64,000 nt of DNA from Myxococcota bacterium (GTDB lineage: Bacteria > Myxococcota_A > UBA9042 > PHBI01 > JAWLBL01), in the NCBI GenBank assembly GCA_041687695.1, contig JAWLBL010000003.1:215660-279659 (forward strand), given 5' to 3'. Made by a program: the position numbers and the translations under genes. This document shows, piece by piece, positions 39,801 to 50,213 of the stretch. The notes under the pieces were generated by a model. The model did not search any database. It was not told the DNA's origin and was given only the letters and a program-made list of their open reading frames with translations. Numbering within the stretch: position 1 is the stretch's first letter; every line of letters starts with the position of its first letter.

Positions 39801-41824
39801 AGGGCGCGCTCGAGCAGGGCCTCGGCGAGGTCGAAGCGGCCCCGGTCGGCGGCGACCTGCGCTCCGGCCATCGCGGCCTCGGGGCCAGGCCCGCCTCGCG
39901 CGACCAGCGCTTCGAGCAGCGGCAGCCTCTGCTCGGCGGTCAGGCCGGCGAGGGCGGCCTCGGCGCGCTCCGGGGCGCCCGGGTCGCCGGCCTCGAGCGC
40001 GTGCCAGAGGGCCTCGGGAGCGTCGGGGCCCGCCGCCCTGCGCCACCGAGCGGCCAGCTCGCGGTGGGCCCGCGTGGGATCGAGCGCCTCGCGGGCGATC
40101 GCTGCGATCGCCGTCGACGCGGTGGTGACCCGGGGGGACTCGAGGACGTCGGGCAGGGCGACCGCGAGGCCGGCCTCGATGAGCGCGTCCGTCATCCCGC
40201 CCAGCAGCGCCGCAGGCAGCGGCCGGCGGGTCCAGGCCAGCAGGCTCAGCTCGCGTCGGAGCTCGGGGGGCGTGGCCGCGAGCCTCGCGCGGGCGCGGTC
40301 GTCGAGCGAGGGCAGGGCGGCCTCGACGGGGCCGGTGAGGCGGACGGCGGCCGCGTCGACCTCGAGCACGCCCTGGCGCGACAGGTGGGTCAGCAGCTCC
40401 GTCAGCGCGCCCGGGTTGCCCCGCGCCGCCTCGGCGAGCGGCGCCGACACGCGGCCGCCGACGCGGCGGCCAGGGAAGAGGGCCTGCAGCAGCAGCTCGA
40501 CGTCCTCGGCCCGCCACGGCGGCAGGCCACCCGACGGGTCACGGGTCGCGGCCACGAGCAGCAGCCGGGCCTGACGATCGGGGACCGCGGCGGTCGCGCG
40601 GTCCAGGGCCTCGAGCGCCTGCCTGCTGAGGGCGTCGGCCAGGTGCAGGTCGTCGACGAGCAACACCGGCCGCACGCGCGCCGCACGCGCGGCGCTGGCC
40701 ACGGCCTGGGCCATCGCGACCGGGCGGGGCGGGCCCTCGGCGGCCGGGTAGGGCTTGGCGCCCAGACGACCCAGGAGCCGCTGGATGAGGCCGCCCGGCG
40801 CGTCGCCGGGGACGGGCGCGACCTCGACCGGACGCAGGCCACGGGCGGCGAGTCGGCTGCCGAGCTCGGCCAACAGGCGGGACTTGCCCGAGCCGTCGCC
40901 GCCGCGGACCAGCTCGACCAGGCCGCGGCCCAGGCGATCGGCCTCGGCGACGCGCGCCGAGAGGTCCGCGAGGACCCGGCCGACATCGACGAAGGTGGGC
41001 TGGGCCAGGCGCGCGGCCAGGTCGCTCGGCGGCACCAGCGGGGCGGGGATCCCCGAGAGGGCCTCGAGCTGCACCAGGGCGGCGGCCGCGCTCGGGGGGC
41101 GCTCCTCCGGGCGGACGTCGAGCAGGCGATCGAGCAGCGGGTCGAGCGGGTGCGGCGGTCGGTGGGCGCGGTCGGGTCGGGCGTCGGCCGACAGGGGCTG
41201 CTGGGGGTAGCCTGGGAAGGGGTGGCGGCCGTGGGCGAGCCGAAAGAGGAGCGCGCCCGTGGCCCACAGGTCGCTCGCCGGAGAGAGGGGGCCGCCCTCG
41301 AGGCGCTCGGGGGCGACGAAGGCGAGGACGCCGGAGGTGGCGCCCGCGCGGCTGCCGGCCGGGCCCGACGCGCCGAGGTCGACGAGCACGAACTCGGAGG
41401 CGGGTGGGGCGGCGCGCAGGACGTTGGCGGGCGCGACGTCGCCGTGGACGAACCCGAGGCGGTGCAGGTGATCGAGGGCGCGGAGCAGGGCGGCGCCGAC
41501 CGCGACGGGGTCGGCGTCGGGGGCGTCTTGCAGCGACGGGCCGTCGCAGGCCGACAGCAGCGCGTAGCGGCGGCCGGCCTCGTCGGTGCCGAGGCGGTGC
41601 GCGCGGACGAAGCCCGGGTGCGACAGCCGGGCGAGCAGCTCGGCCTCGGCGAGGAAGGCCTGGACGAGGGCATCGCGCTCGAGGATCTTGCACGCGCAAG
41701 GGCCGCGTGGTGGCCCACTCGTTGCAAGGTCTTCCCGAACGAGCACCACACGACCCATGCCACCGCGGCCGAGCTCGCGCTCGACCCGGTAGCGCCCATC
41801 GATGAGCGTGCTTGCTGGCGCCAT
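36851..41824 (-). CDS. Ser/Thr kinase - P-loop ATPase - TPR - GAF - sigma54-dependent enhancer-binding protein (Fis HTH)
   Basis: LGRGGMGRV, HGDVAPAN, DLG, APE; GGDGSGKS and LLVDDLH; TPR-like helices; GAF (SVLCLPM, GAIYLDN); GESGTGKE, GAFTGA, FREDLYYRL; C-terminal HTH. Confidence 0.92.
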   Translation of the reverse strand: MAPASTLIDGRYRVERELGRGGMGRVVLVREDLATSGPPRGPCACKILERDALVQAFLAEAELLARLSHPGFVRAHRLGTDEAGRRYALLSACDGPSLQDAPDADPVAVGAALLRALDHLHRLGFVHGDVAPANVLRAAPPASEFVLVDLGASGPAGSRAGATSGVLAFVAPERLEGGPLSPASDLWATGALLFRLAHGRHPFPGYPQQPLSADARPDRAHRPPHPLDPLLDRLLDVRPEERPPSAAAALVQLEALSGIPAPLVPPSDLAARLAQPTFVDVGRVLADLSARVAEADRLGRGLVELVRGGDGSGKSRLLAELGSRLAARGLRPVEVAPVPGDAPGGLIQRLLGRLGAKPYPAAEGPPRPVAMAQAVASAARAARVRPVLLVDDLHLADALSRQALEALDRATAAVPDRQARLLLVAATRDPSGGLPPWRAEDVELLLQALFPGRRVGGRVSAPLAEAARGNPGALTELLTHLSRQGVLEVDAAAVRLTGPVEAALPSLDDRARARLAATPPELRRELSLLAWTRRPLPAALLGGMTDALIEAGLAVALPDVLESPRVTTASTAIAAIAREALDPTRAHRELAARWRRAAGPDAPEALWHALEAGDPGAPERAEAALAGLTAEQRLPLLEALVARGGPGPEAAMAGAQVAADRGRFDLAEALLERALSGADDPVVASRVLTRRGALLARQSRHAAAIEAFRAAELRGAGELGPGDAAEIGAGIARSAVLSGDLDEAHRCANEAMALTHDPALRGRLGYTMGLAAWFRGELDAAQTRLEAALVDIRRAEDGVEEAAVVTALGLVAHRRGQLDAAVAHYEAALRLGERAGDDARVLTALQNLGVVHHERGVWPEALDTYREALALAEGLGQTGRVIQLAGNLGNLWRFLGELTAAREVLTRGLTLARAEANRHMEAILLTLLGEIALAEERWPLAEELLDQAIAAATGSQSATEEIEARLNLARLRLERQDHGAAKAAADEALALAERIESRGLAVQARALVAAAAHRSVHGDVEHARQQMEAALADLDAVTNPDGRWPVLVEAALLAAALGDEAASAARAAEARRLLQQLEDAVPAKHRSAFRQLRERRNAWRILSTLTRPASEAAVPAAVDGRWERLLEINKRLNTEYDVRRLLEYIMDSAILLTGAERGFLLLASDTDTDGDLDVHVARNIDRENLRNTRFKISHSIAKRVIETGDPVLTVDAMEDARYREHLSVHDLRLRSVLCLPMRVRGRVIGAIYLDNRFRAAAFGDQDTRFMEAFADQAGIAVSNAQLIEVKEQSQRALEQSQREVEALNRKLASQLEARTRELEDTHKVVVRQQRQLEARHTYGSIIGSSRSLRSVFAVMDRLLDNNIPVLIEGESGTGKELVARAIHFNGARRDRPFVAVNCGAIPANLLETELFGHVRGAFTGATSDKKGLFEAAHGGTLLLDELGELPLEMQVKLLRVLQNGEIKKVGATADIRVDVRIVAATNRRLEEEVAHGRFREDLYYRLSVVPIQLPPLRDRRDDIPELVQHFLQLNQASGLSRVSGVTPTAMALLQGYHWPGNIRQLEMVLKNASLFAEGDALQPADFHSFPDIVGAPQRGPSSTSLSGRTLADIERDAIIQALEDTRGNKKRAAEQLGIDRRTLYNKLRAYNIVIERELTVT

Positions 41825-41900
41825 GTGGCCCCCCTCCCTGCTGTTTCACACAGTGTGGAATATTTGCTCAGTCAGCGCAATGAGGTCTCGCGTGGACGAC

Positions 41901-42302
41901 ATGATCTGGAGCCGAACGTCCCGCGGCGGTCGCCTCGCCGCGCTCGCGGGCGCCCTCGCGGCCGCGCTCGTCGCGTGCGTCGCCAACCCGACGCCTCACC
42001 CCGAGGGCCCCGACGATCTGGCCGCGCCCGGTCTGGACGCGGTCGCGCCCGACGGCGACTACCTGGTCCCGCCTCATCCGGACGAAGACATCGTGGGGGG
42101 CGTCACGCCCGACGGCGGAGGGCCCCACGACCCGTACGACGGACTCGACGCTGGCGCCGACGTCGAGCAGGATGGCGACGCGAGCGAGGCCGCCCGTCCG
42201 GACGTCACGGACGACACGCATGATGAAGACGACGCGGACGAAGGGCCGCGTGGGCCCGAGCCGCCCGACCCGGGCGGCACCGACGAGGAGGTCACGGGGT
42301 GA
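41901..42302 (+). CDS. Putative lipoprotein, acidic Pro/Asp-rich
   Basis: Basic N-terminus, hydrophobic stretch, lipobox LVA-C; stop overlaps the next start (GTGA); start may be 41880. Confidence 0.65.
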   Translation: MIWSRTSRGGRLAALAGALAAALVACVANPTPHPEGPDDLAAPGLDAVAPDGDYLVPPHPDEDIVGGVTPDGGGPHDPYDGLDAGADVEQDGDASEAARPDVTDDTHDEDDADEGPRGPEPPDPGGTDEEVTG

Positions 42303-43150
42303 CGGACGCGCAGCGGGAGGGTCGGATCGCGGTCGTCTACGACCTGGACGAGACGCTGGTGGACACGGGCGACTCGTACCGCGCCGCCATCGCGCGGACG
42401 GTGGCGAGCTATCCGGCGATCGAGGGGCCGCCGGTGACGGTGCGCGACATCCTGGCGCTCAAGGCGGCGCGCGGCTTCAACAACGACTGGGACCTCACCG
42501 TGGCGCTGCTGCGGGCGGCGGCCGCCGGCGTCCCCTACGCGCACGCGGCGACGCGGCCCGAGCAGTTGGCGCCGGAGGCGTGCGTCGACCGAGCGCTGGT
42601 GGTCCGCATCTTCCAGGAGCACTACCTGGGTGGCGGCCTCTTCGAGGCGCTCGAGGGAGACGCGTTGGCGTGGACCGACGGGACGCCGCTCATCGACCGC
42701 GAGCGGCTGCTGGTCGCCCCGGACGCGTTGGCGGCGCTGTCGCGACGTGTGCCGCTGGCCATCGCGACGGGCCGGCCCCGGGCCGAGGCGCTGTACGCGT
42801 TGAGCCGAGCGGGTGTCGGTGACCTGTTCACCGCGGTGGTCACCCACGACTGCTGCGAGGAGGAGGCGGCACGCCGCGCCGACGGGGGGCGGCTGGGCAA
42901 GCCGAACCCGTGGCCGCTCGAGGAGGCGCGACGTCGCCTGGAGGCGCGGGTGGGCGCGGTCGAGCGGGTGTTCTATGTCGGGGACCTGCCCGACGACATG
43001 CGGGCGGCGCGGGCCGCAGGGTTCATCGGCCTGGCCGTGGTGCCCGAGCCCGACCCGACGAGGGAGGCGGCCTTGCGCGAGGCAGGGGCGCGCCACATCC
43101 TGCGCGCGTCCATCCCGCCGGACGAGGTGCTGGCGGGTTCGCCCGCCTGA
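42299..43150 (+). CDS. HAD-family hydrolase (TIGR01548-like)
   Basis: YDLDETLVD motif I, GFNNDWD, ATGRP, KPNP, YVGDLPDDM. Confidence 0.85.
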   Translation: MTDAQREGRIAVVYDLDETLVDTGDSYRAAIARTVASYPAIEGPPVTVRDILALKAARGFNNDWDLTVALLRAAAAGVPYAHAATRPEQLAPEACVDRALVVRIFQEHYLGGGLFEALEGDALAWTDGTPLIDRERLLVAPDALAALSRRVPLAIATGRPRAEALYALSRAGVGDLFTAVVTHDCCEEEAARRADGGRLGKPNPWPLEEARRRLEARVGAVERVFYVGDLPDDMRAARAAGFIGLAVVPEPDPTREAALREAGARHILRASIPPDEVLAGSPA

Positions 43151-43159
43151 GGGCGTCGC

Positions 43160-44602
43160 TCAGCCGTAGTCGATGGCGAGGTTGTCGAAGCGCGTGTAGG
43201 CGTTCCAGAACTTCAGCTTGACCGTGCCGGTCGGGCCGTTTCGGTGCTTGCCGATGATGAGCTCGGCCACGCCGCGGGTCTCCTCGTCCACGTTCTTGTT
43301 GTAGACCTCCTCGCGGTAGATGAAGCCGATGATGTCGGCGTCCTGCTCGATGGCGCCCGACTCGCGCAGATCGCTCATCATCGGGCGCTTGTCGGTGCGC
43401 GACTCGAGGCTGCGGTTGAGCTGGCTGAGCGCGATGACCGGGCAGCCGAGCTCCTTGGCGAGGTGCTTGAGCGAGCGAGAGATCTGCGAGATCTCCTGCT
43501 CGCGGCTCTTGGTGCGGTCGCCGCCGCTCATCAGCTGCAGGTAGTCGATGACGATGAGGTCGAGCCCCTCGCGGCGGGCGAGGCGGCGACACTGGGCGCG
43601 GATGGTGGCCGGGGTCGCGCCGGCGCCGTCGTTCATGTAGATGCGGGCCTTGGACAGGCGGTCGGCGGCCTCGACCAGGCGCGGCCACTCGGCGTGGTCC
43701 AGGTTGCCACCGCGCATCCGGCTGACGTCGATGCGGGCCTCGCTGGCGAGCATACGGGCCGCGAGCTGCTCGGCTGGCATCTCGAGCGAGAAGACGGCTA
43801 CGCTGGCGTTGCCCTTGAGGGCCGAGTTGACCGCCAGGTTGAGGACGAAGGACGTCTTGCCCATGGCGGGGCGGGCCGCCAGGATGATGAGGTCGCCGGC
43901 GTGCAGGCCGTGGGTGAGCTTGTCCAGGTCGCGAAAGCCCGTCGTCAGGCCGGTGACCGACCCCTCGGCGTTGTAGGTCTTCTCGATCTGCTCGATGGTC
44001 GCGCGGACCACGTCGCTCATGGGGCGCATGTTCGCGCCCGAGCGCTCCTCGAGGACCGCGAAGACGCGCTTTTCGGCGGCGTCGAGGTACTCGGCGACGT
44101 CGCCGACGTCCTGCAGGCCCTCGGTCTCGATGGTCCGCGCGGCCTCGATCATCCGCCGCAGCATCGCCTTGGCCTGGACGATCTTGCAGTAGTGCTCGAG
44201 GTTCGACGTCGTGCCGGCGCGCTCGAGCAGCGCCCCGAGCGTCGGCGCCCCCCCCATCTTCTCCCAGACGCCGGCGTCCTTGAGCTCCTGGTGGAGCGTG
44301 ACCAGATCGACGGTCCCGGTGCGCTCCGAGACGCGCCGCATCGCCTCGTACACGAGGGTGTGGCGCTCGAGGTAGAAGTCTTCGCCCTTCAGGTGCTCGG
44401 CGATGACGTCGAGCGAGGTCGGATCGACCAGCACGGCGCCCAGCACCTCTCGCTCGGCCTCGAGCGAGTGCGGCATCGACAGGCCCTCACGCAGTTCGAA
44501 GCCCGGGGCTCCGCCGCGGCCTGCTCCCATGCCATGGCCGCCCGCCGGGGCCGGGCGCGGCGCCGCCGGGTGCCCGGGATCGTCATCGCCAACGAAGCTC
44601 AC
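43160..44602 (-). CDS. dnaB: Replicative DNA helicase
   Basis: PHSLEAE, AARPAMGKT, FSLEM, IDYLQL, LSQLNR, DLRESGAIEQDAD, KHRNGPTG; GGAGG RBS before GTG. Confidence 0.98.
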   Translation of the reverse strand: MSFVGDDDPGHPAAPRPAPAGGHGMGAGRGGAPGFELREGLSMPHSLEAEREVLGAVLVDPTSLDVIAEHLKGEDFYLERHTLVYEAMRRVSERTGTVDLVTLHQELKDAGVWEKMGGAPTLGALLERAGTTSNLEHYCKIVQAKAMLRRMIEAARTIETEGLQDVGDVAEYLDAAEKRVFAVLEERSGANMRPMSDVVRATIEQIEKTYNAEGSVTGLTTGFRDLDKLTHGLHAGDLIILAARPAMGKTSFVLNLAVNSALKGNASVAVFSLEMPAEQLAARMLASEARIDVSRMRGGNLDHAEWPRLVEAADRLSKARIYMNDGAGATPATIRAQCRRLARREGLDLIVIDYLQLMSGGDRTKSREQEISQISRSLKHLAKELGCPVIALSQLNRSLESRTDKRPMMSDLRESGAIEQDADIIGFIYREEVYNKNVDEETRGVAELIIGKHRNGPTGTVKLKFWNAYTRFDNLAIDYG

Positions 44603-44839
44603 GGCACGTCCTCCCGAGACCGGGGCGTCGCGTGCCCGCTGCGGCGCCCCGGACCGCGGATACTTGCCCCGATCGCGCGGTCCTGTCTACCGTGGGTCAT
44701 CGCTTGTGACCGGGACGTGGCCACGGTGGTCCCGCCCGTCGATCCTCGAAGGCACCACGACGACGAAGACGGTCCCCGACGAGGGGCTGGCCTCGCGCGG
44801 ACGCGCTGGCCGACCCCCGGTGGCATGGAGCGCGACGGA

Positions 44840-45655
44840 ATGCAGCGAGACGAGCAAGGCGCCGGCGTCCCCAAGCAGCGGCTCGTGGCGCTCGGCGTCA
44901 ACGACGTGACCCTGCTCGACGCCGTCATCGAGCACTACCGGGGTCTGCTCGACACCGCGGCCGGGCTGCGGCGCGGCGCGTGGGGCCTCGGCTTCTTCGG
45001 ATCGGGCGAGCTCCTCGTCCGCAAGTGTCCCATCTTGCGCGACTTCGACGGCCTGCGCTTTCTGCGCGGCCTCACCGCGCGGCACCTGCTCGTGGTGGGT
45101 GACGAGGCCGCGGCGAGCCCCTTCCGGCCCGACGCCGCGCAGCCGATGCGGTTTCGCGACTGGTTGTTCGCGATGAGCGGCGGCCTGGGGCTGGGCGAGT
45201 CGTTCAAGGACGCGGTCGAGGAGAGCCTGGACGGCTTCGTCGCCAAGGCGGTCCGGACCGGCACGCGCCACGAGGCGGTCATGGTCGTCCTGATGGAGGC
45301 GCTGTACCGCGCCAACACGATGGACGTGCGCTCGTTCACGCGCGAGCTCCTCCACGGCGCGCTGGCGGACGGGGTCTCGCGGGCGGCCGAGCTGGCCGGG
45401 GGGCGACAGGCGCTCGACGTCGCGATGGTCCTGCACTCTGGATCTCGCCTGTTCGCCCTGTCCGCGGGGCGGCCCCTGTGGCTGGTGCGCGGCCCGGAGG
45501 TCGCGCCCGACGCGCGCGGGGGCGGCCTGGCGCGGCACCGGCACCTCAAGGTGGCGTTGGTGACCGACCGCGACCCCGGGGGCGCCGAGCCGCTGCCGCC
45601 GTGGACCGGCGTCGAGATCGCCGACACCTGCGAGCCCATCCCCTTCGCGCTGTAG
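44840..45655 (+). CDS. Class II glutamine amidotransferase-like (EgtC/YafJ-like) protein lacking the N-terminal Cys
   Basis: RLVAL..., GAWGLGFF..GELLVRK, QPMRFRDWLFAMSG resemble the GATase_4 motifs (GWG, NTHPF, WLFAHNG); start uncertain. Confidence 0.55.
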   Translation: MQRDEQGAGVPKQRLVALGVNDVTLLDAVIEHYRGLLDTAAGLRRGAWGLGFFGSGELLVRKCPILRDFDGLRFLRGLTARHLLVVGDEAAASPFRPDAAQPMRFRDWLFAMSGGLGLGESFKDAVEESLDGFVAKAVRTGTRHEAVMVVLMEALYRANTMDVRSFTRELLHGALADGVSRAAELAGGRQALDVAMVLHSGSRLFALSAGRPLWLVRGPEVAPDARGGGLARHRHLKVALVTDRDPGGAEPLPPWTGVEIADTCEPIPFAL

Positions 45656-45673
45656 CCTCGCTCGGTGGCGACC

Positions 45674-45853
45674 TCAGGGCATCGCGCGCAGCAGGGCGGC
45701 CTGGGCCTCGGGCGACATCTCGTAGCCGAGCTCACGCAGCGTGCCGGCCGGGTCCGTGGCCAGGCGGGCCATCGCGCCGAGGTCCCGCCACAGGGCGAGG
45801 GTGATGTCGGCCCAGGCCTGCTTGAGCTCCCGGAGGTTGCGGATGCGCTTCAT
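45674..45853 (-). CDS. Small helical hypothetical protein (59 aa)
   Basis: GAGGAG RBS before ATG 45853; MKRIRNLRELKQAWADITLALWRDLGAMARLATDPAGTLRELGYEMSPEAQAALLRAMP. Confidence 0.7.
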   Translation of the reverse strand: MKRIRNLRELKQAWADITLALWRDLGAMARLATDPAGTLRELGYEMSPEAQAALLRAMP

Positions 45854-46073
45854 GGTGGGCTCCTCGGTCGGGTCGGCCCCCGTCGGCCGACGGTCTCTTG
45901 GACGTCTCAGGGGCCGGGAAGGTCTGAACACGGACGCGGGCGAAGGCATGCCTCCCCCGCCCGGCGCCTCGAAGTCTCAGAGGTAACGAGGCGTTGACCC
46001 ACAGGAATTGGGGTGGCTATAACCGCCGCCTCTTTCGTCGGCGCGGCGCCTGGGCGCCCCGCGGGAGCTAGTC

Positions 46074-47375
<1,302 letters not shown>

Positions 47376-47528
47376 GCGTCGGAGGCGGCCCAGCGGCGTC
47401 GGTCGGACCCCCTCTGGGGACGGGCGGGTTGCAGGCCACGGACCCGGGGGGCGCTTGCGCGACCGCCTCGCTCTGCTAACGTGGCCGGGCACGTGGCCCC
47501 TTCGGCCCGTCGGCCCCTGCGAGGCGTG

Positions 47529-49952
47529 ATGGCGCGGTCAGCTCGGTGGTGGATGGCCCTCGCGGCGGCGCTCGCGTCGTCGTCGCCCGGCGCTGCGCTG
47601 GCGCGCACGGGGGCGCCCGAACCCGACGTGTTCGACGCCGACGATCCGACCGTCGGGGCCGAGCCGTTGCCGACCCTGGGCGGGGCGGACCCCAAGCGGG
47701 TCGACGAGGACATCGTCCTGGCCGCCCAGAAGGTCCGACGCACCATCCAGGACGCGCCCAGCATCATCACGGTCATCACGCGCGAGCAGATCCAGCAGCG
47801 CGGCTACCGCACCATCAACGACGTGATGCGCACGGTGGCCGGCTTCGAGGGCGACCGCTGGGAGGGCAACGGCTGGCACCGCGAGGCGTTCGCGCGTGGC
47901 CTCCCACAGACCGTGCTGGTGCTGGTCAACGGCGTCAGCATCGTCGAGCCCGTGCGCAACATGGTGAACCTGGATCGCAAGATCCCGCTCGAGATCGTCG
48001 AGCGCATCGAGGTCACCAGCGGCCCCGGCGGCATCCTGTGGGGCTCTAACGCGCTGCTGGGCGTCATCAACATCGTGACGCGCCGGCCCAGCGAGGGCGA
48101 GCCCCTGGTGCACGCGCTGGTCGGCTTCGGCGACGGCCCGGCCGACCGCCTGCAGTTCAAGGCGGGCCTGGGCCTCAACCATCGCTTCTCGGACACGGTC
48201 GGCCTCTTCGCCCACCTCAACCTGTACACGACCGAGGGGCCCGAGCTGACGGCCGACATGCAGAAGGTGGTCGGCGCTCTGCCCGAGCCCGCCGAGGATG
48301 GGCCGACCCTGTACCTGCCGACCCCCATCACGGTCGCGAGCGGCAAGCGCAGCTGGTTCTTCAACTTCGCCGGCCGCCTCGAGCTCGGCAAGGTCGCGCT
48401 CGACTGGATGCTCCCCTTCGAGGACGACTACCGGCCCCTCGCGACGGGCGGCGCCGTGCTGACCGAGAACTACCTGGACCCCGACCGCCCCGGCACGGTC
48501 ACGCGCTCGTCCGACAGCATCCGCCTGGTCAACCTGAGCTACGCCGACCGCTTCGCCGACTCGGCCGTCGGCATCAACAGCCGCCTGTACCTGGTGACCT
48601 GGGACATCCAGGAGAATCCGTTCGGCGTCTACTCGGCCAGCCCCGTCCTGTACGCCTCCTACGGCCACACCCGCGACCTGCGCCTGGGCCTGGTCTCGGA
48701 CCTCATCGCCCGCACGGGCGCCGCCGTCGACGTGGACATCGCCGTCACCGACGACCTGACGGTCATCACGGGCGCCGAGGCCTTCATCGACACCCAGCGC
48801 GGCATCCAGCAGCACTTCTGGGCCTCCGACGTGCTCGGCGTGTGCCCCGAGGGCTTCACCTACGCGCCCGACGACCCCTACCTGCCCTGCCGCATCACCG
48901 ACACCCTCATCGGCGACGTCACCCGCCTCATCTCGGGCGCCTTCGTCAGCGCCGACTGGCGGCTCCACGACCGCTTCGCCCTCAACGGCGGCGTCCGCCT
49001 GCAGGCCTCCGACGCGTACGACCCGACGCTGCTCTACTCCGGCGGCCTCGTCTGGGAGCTGCTCGAGCGCACCCACCTCAAGGTCTTCGCCTCGGCGGGG
49101 CTCCGCCCGCCCAGCACCAACAGCACGCACACCCGCGACACCACCTCGGGCGTGACCTTCCAGGCCAACCCGGATCTGCAGGCCGAGACGTCGAGCTCCC
49201 TCGAGGGCGAGCTGAACACGACCCTGCTGCGCGACGCCGGCCCGCTGCGCGATCTCTTCCTGCGCTTCAACGGCGCCTACACGCTGATGGACAACGTCAT
49301 CGGGCGCCCCGGCGGGCGCTTCGAGAACTCGGGCCAGCGCGACATCGTCAGCGGCGAGGCCATGGTCCGTCTGCGCTTCGACGCGGGCCACCAGCTGTGG
49401 GCGAACTACACCTACACCCAGGTCTTCGACGACGCCTGGGCGGGCGGCGAGATCCGCAACTTCGCGCGCCACATGGGCAACGTCGGCGGCACCCTGTCTC
49501 TGCTCGGTGGCAGCATCGAGCTGACCGGCATCGTCAACGTCAAGGGGTCGATGCAGGACCCCAACCGCCGCTTCGTCGCCGACCCGTCGCGGCCCGACCT
49601 CGGCGCGACCTGCGCGCAGCTGTCCACGCAGGCCATCCCGTCCGAGCACCCGCTGTCACGCCTGCAGGCCATCTGCGCCATGCCGGGGATGGGCGACGGC
49701 GTCTGGGTCTTCCCGGGCACCGACGTGACCGAGACCATCCGCCCGCTGACGCTGGTCGACGTCGGCGTGCGCTTCAAGAACCTGTGGCGCGACATGACCG
49801 CCTCGGTCTTCCTGCACAACCTCCTCGACCACCGCTACTACGAGCCCGACTTCTTCGGCGACCCGCGCGTCCTCAGCCGGCCCCAACCCAAGCCCGGCCT
49901 GTCGGTCTTCGCGCAGCTGTCCATCGGCCTGGACGCCCTCACCGGGCCGTAG
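47529..49952 (+). CDS. TonB-dependent outer-membrane receptor
   Basis: Signal peptide; plug motifs DAPSIITVITREQI and VERIEVTSGPGGILWGSNALLGVINIVT; NPDLQAETS; LHNLLD. Confidence 0.88.
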   Translation: MARSARWWMALAAALASSSPGAALARTGAPEPDVFDADDPTVGAEPLPTLGGADPKRVDEDIVLAAQKVRRTIQDAPSIITVITREQIQQRGYRTINDVMRTVAGFEGDRWEGNGWHREAFARGLPQTVLVLVNGVSIVEPVRNMVNLDRKIPLEIVERIEVTSGPGGILWGSNALLGVINIVTRRPSEGEPLVHALVGFGDGPADRLQFKAGLGLNHRFSDTVGLFAHLNLYTTEGPELTADMQKVVGALPEPAEDGPTLYLPTPITVASGKRSWFFNFAGRLELGKVALDWMLPFEDDYRPLATGGAVLTENYLDPDRPGTVTRSSDSIRLVNLSYADRFADSAVGINSRLYLVTWDIQENPFGVYSASPVLYASYGHTRDLRLGLVSDLIARTGAAVDVDIAVTDDLTVITGAEAFIDTQRGIQQHFWASDVLGVCPEGFTYAPDDPYLPCRITDTLIGDVTRLISGAFVSADWRLHDRFALNGGVRLQASDAYDPTLLYSGGLVWELLERTHLKVFASAGLRPPSTNSTHTRDTTSGVTFQANPDLQAETSSSLEGELNTTLLRDAGPLRDLFLRFNGAYTLMDNVIGRPGGRFENSGQRDIVSGEAMVRLRFDAGHQLWANYTYTQVFDDAWAGGEIRNFARHMGNVGGTLSLLGGSIELTGIVNVKGSMQDPNRRFVADPSRPDLGATCAQLSTQAIPSEHPLSRLQAICAMPGMGDGVWVFPGTDVTETIRPLTLVDVGVRFKNLWRDMTASVFLHNLLDHRYYEPDFFGDPRVLSRPQPKPGLSVFAQLSIGLDALTGP

Positions 49953-49997
49953 CCAAAAACCCCTGCAATTACGGGATGTTGCGCCGCAACGTGGCGG

Positions 49998-50026
49998 TTG
50001 ACACCCAGGGGGCCGTGCGGTAGGGT
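49998..50026 (+). promoter_or_regulatory. Putative sigma70 promoter for gyrA
   Basis: TTGACA-N17-TAGGGT. Confidence 0.5.
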
Positions 50027-50213
50027 CCGCACTCCCCGGGCCACCTCTGGCCACGGGCCGCTCGAGTCCGTCCGGCGCGCTCGCGCCCTCTCGCTGCGAC
50101 GCCCGGTGGCTCGGCCGCTCCCGCGTTTCGGGACGGCCCCTCCCCTGCGCGTCCCTGGATGACCTCCAGGGGCCGCAACCCGCGACCTTCCTCGGCCCTC
50201 AGCCGGAGCAGAC

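Noticed and set aside
41826..41867. sigma54 -24/-12 promoter or DnaA box in the activator/lipoprotein spacer
   Set aside because: GG-to-GC spacings are 11 and 7 rather than 10; TGTGGAATA has two mismatches to the DnaA box and is single
43244..44839. 5' part of the 803-aa + strand ORF
   Set aside because: Antisense to dnaB; only the part from ~44840 looks coding
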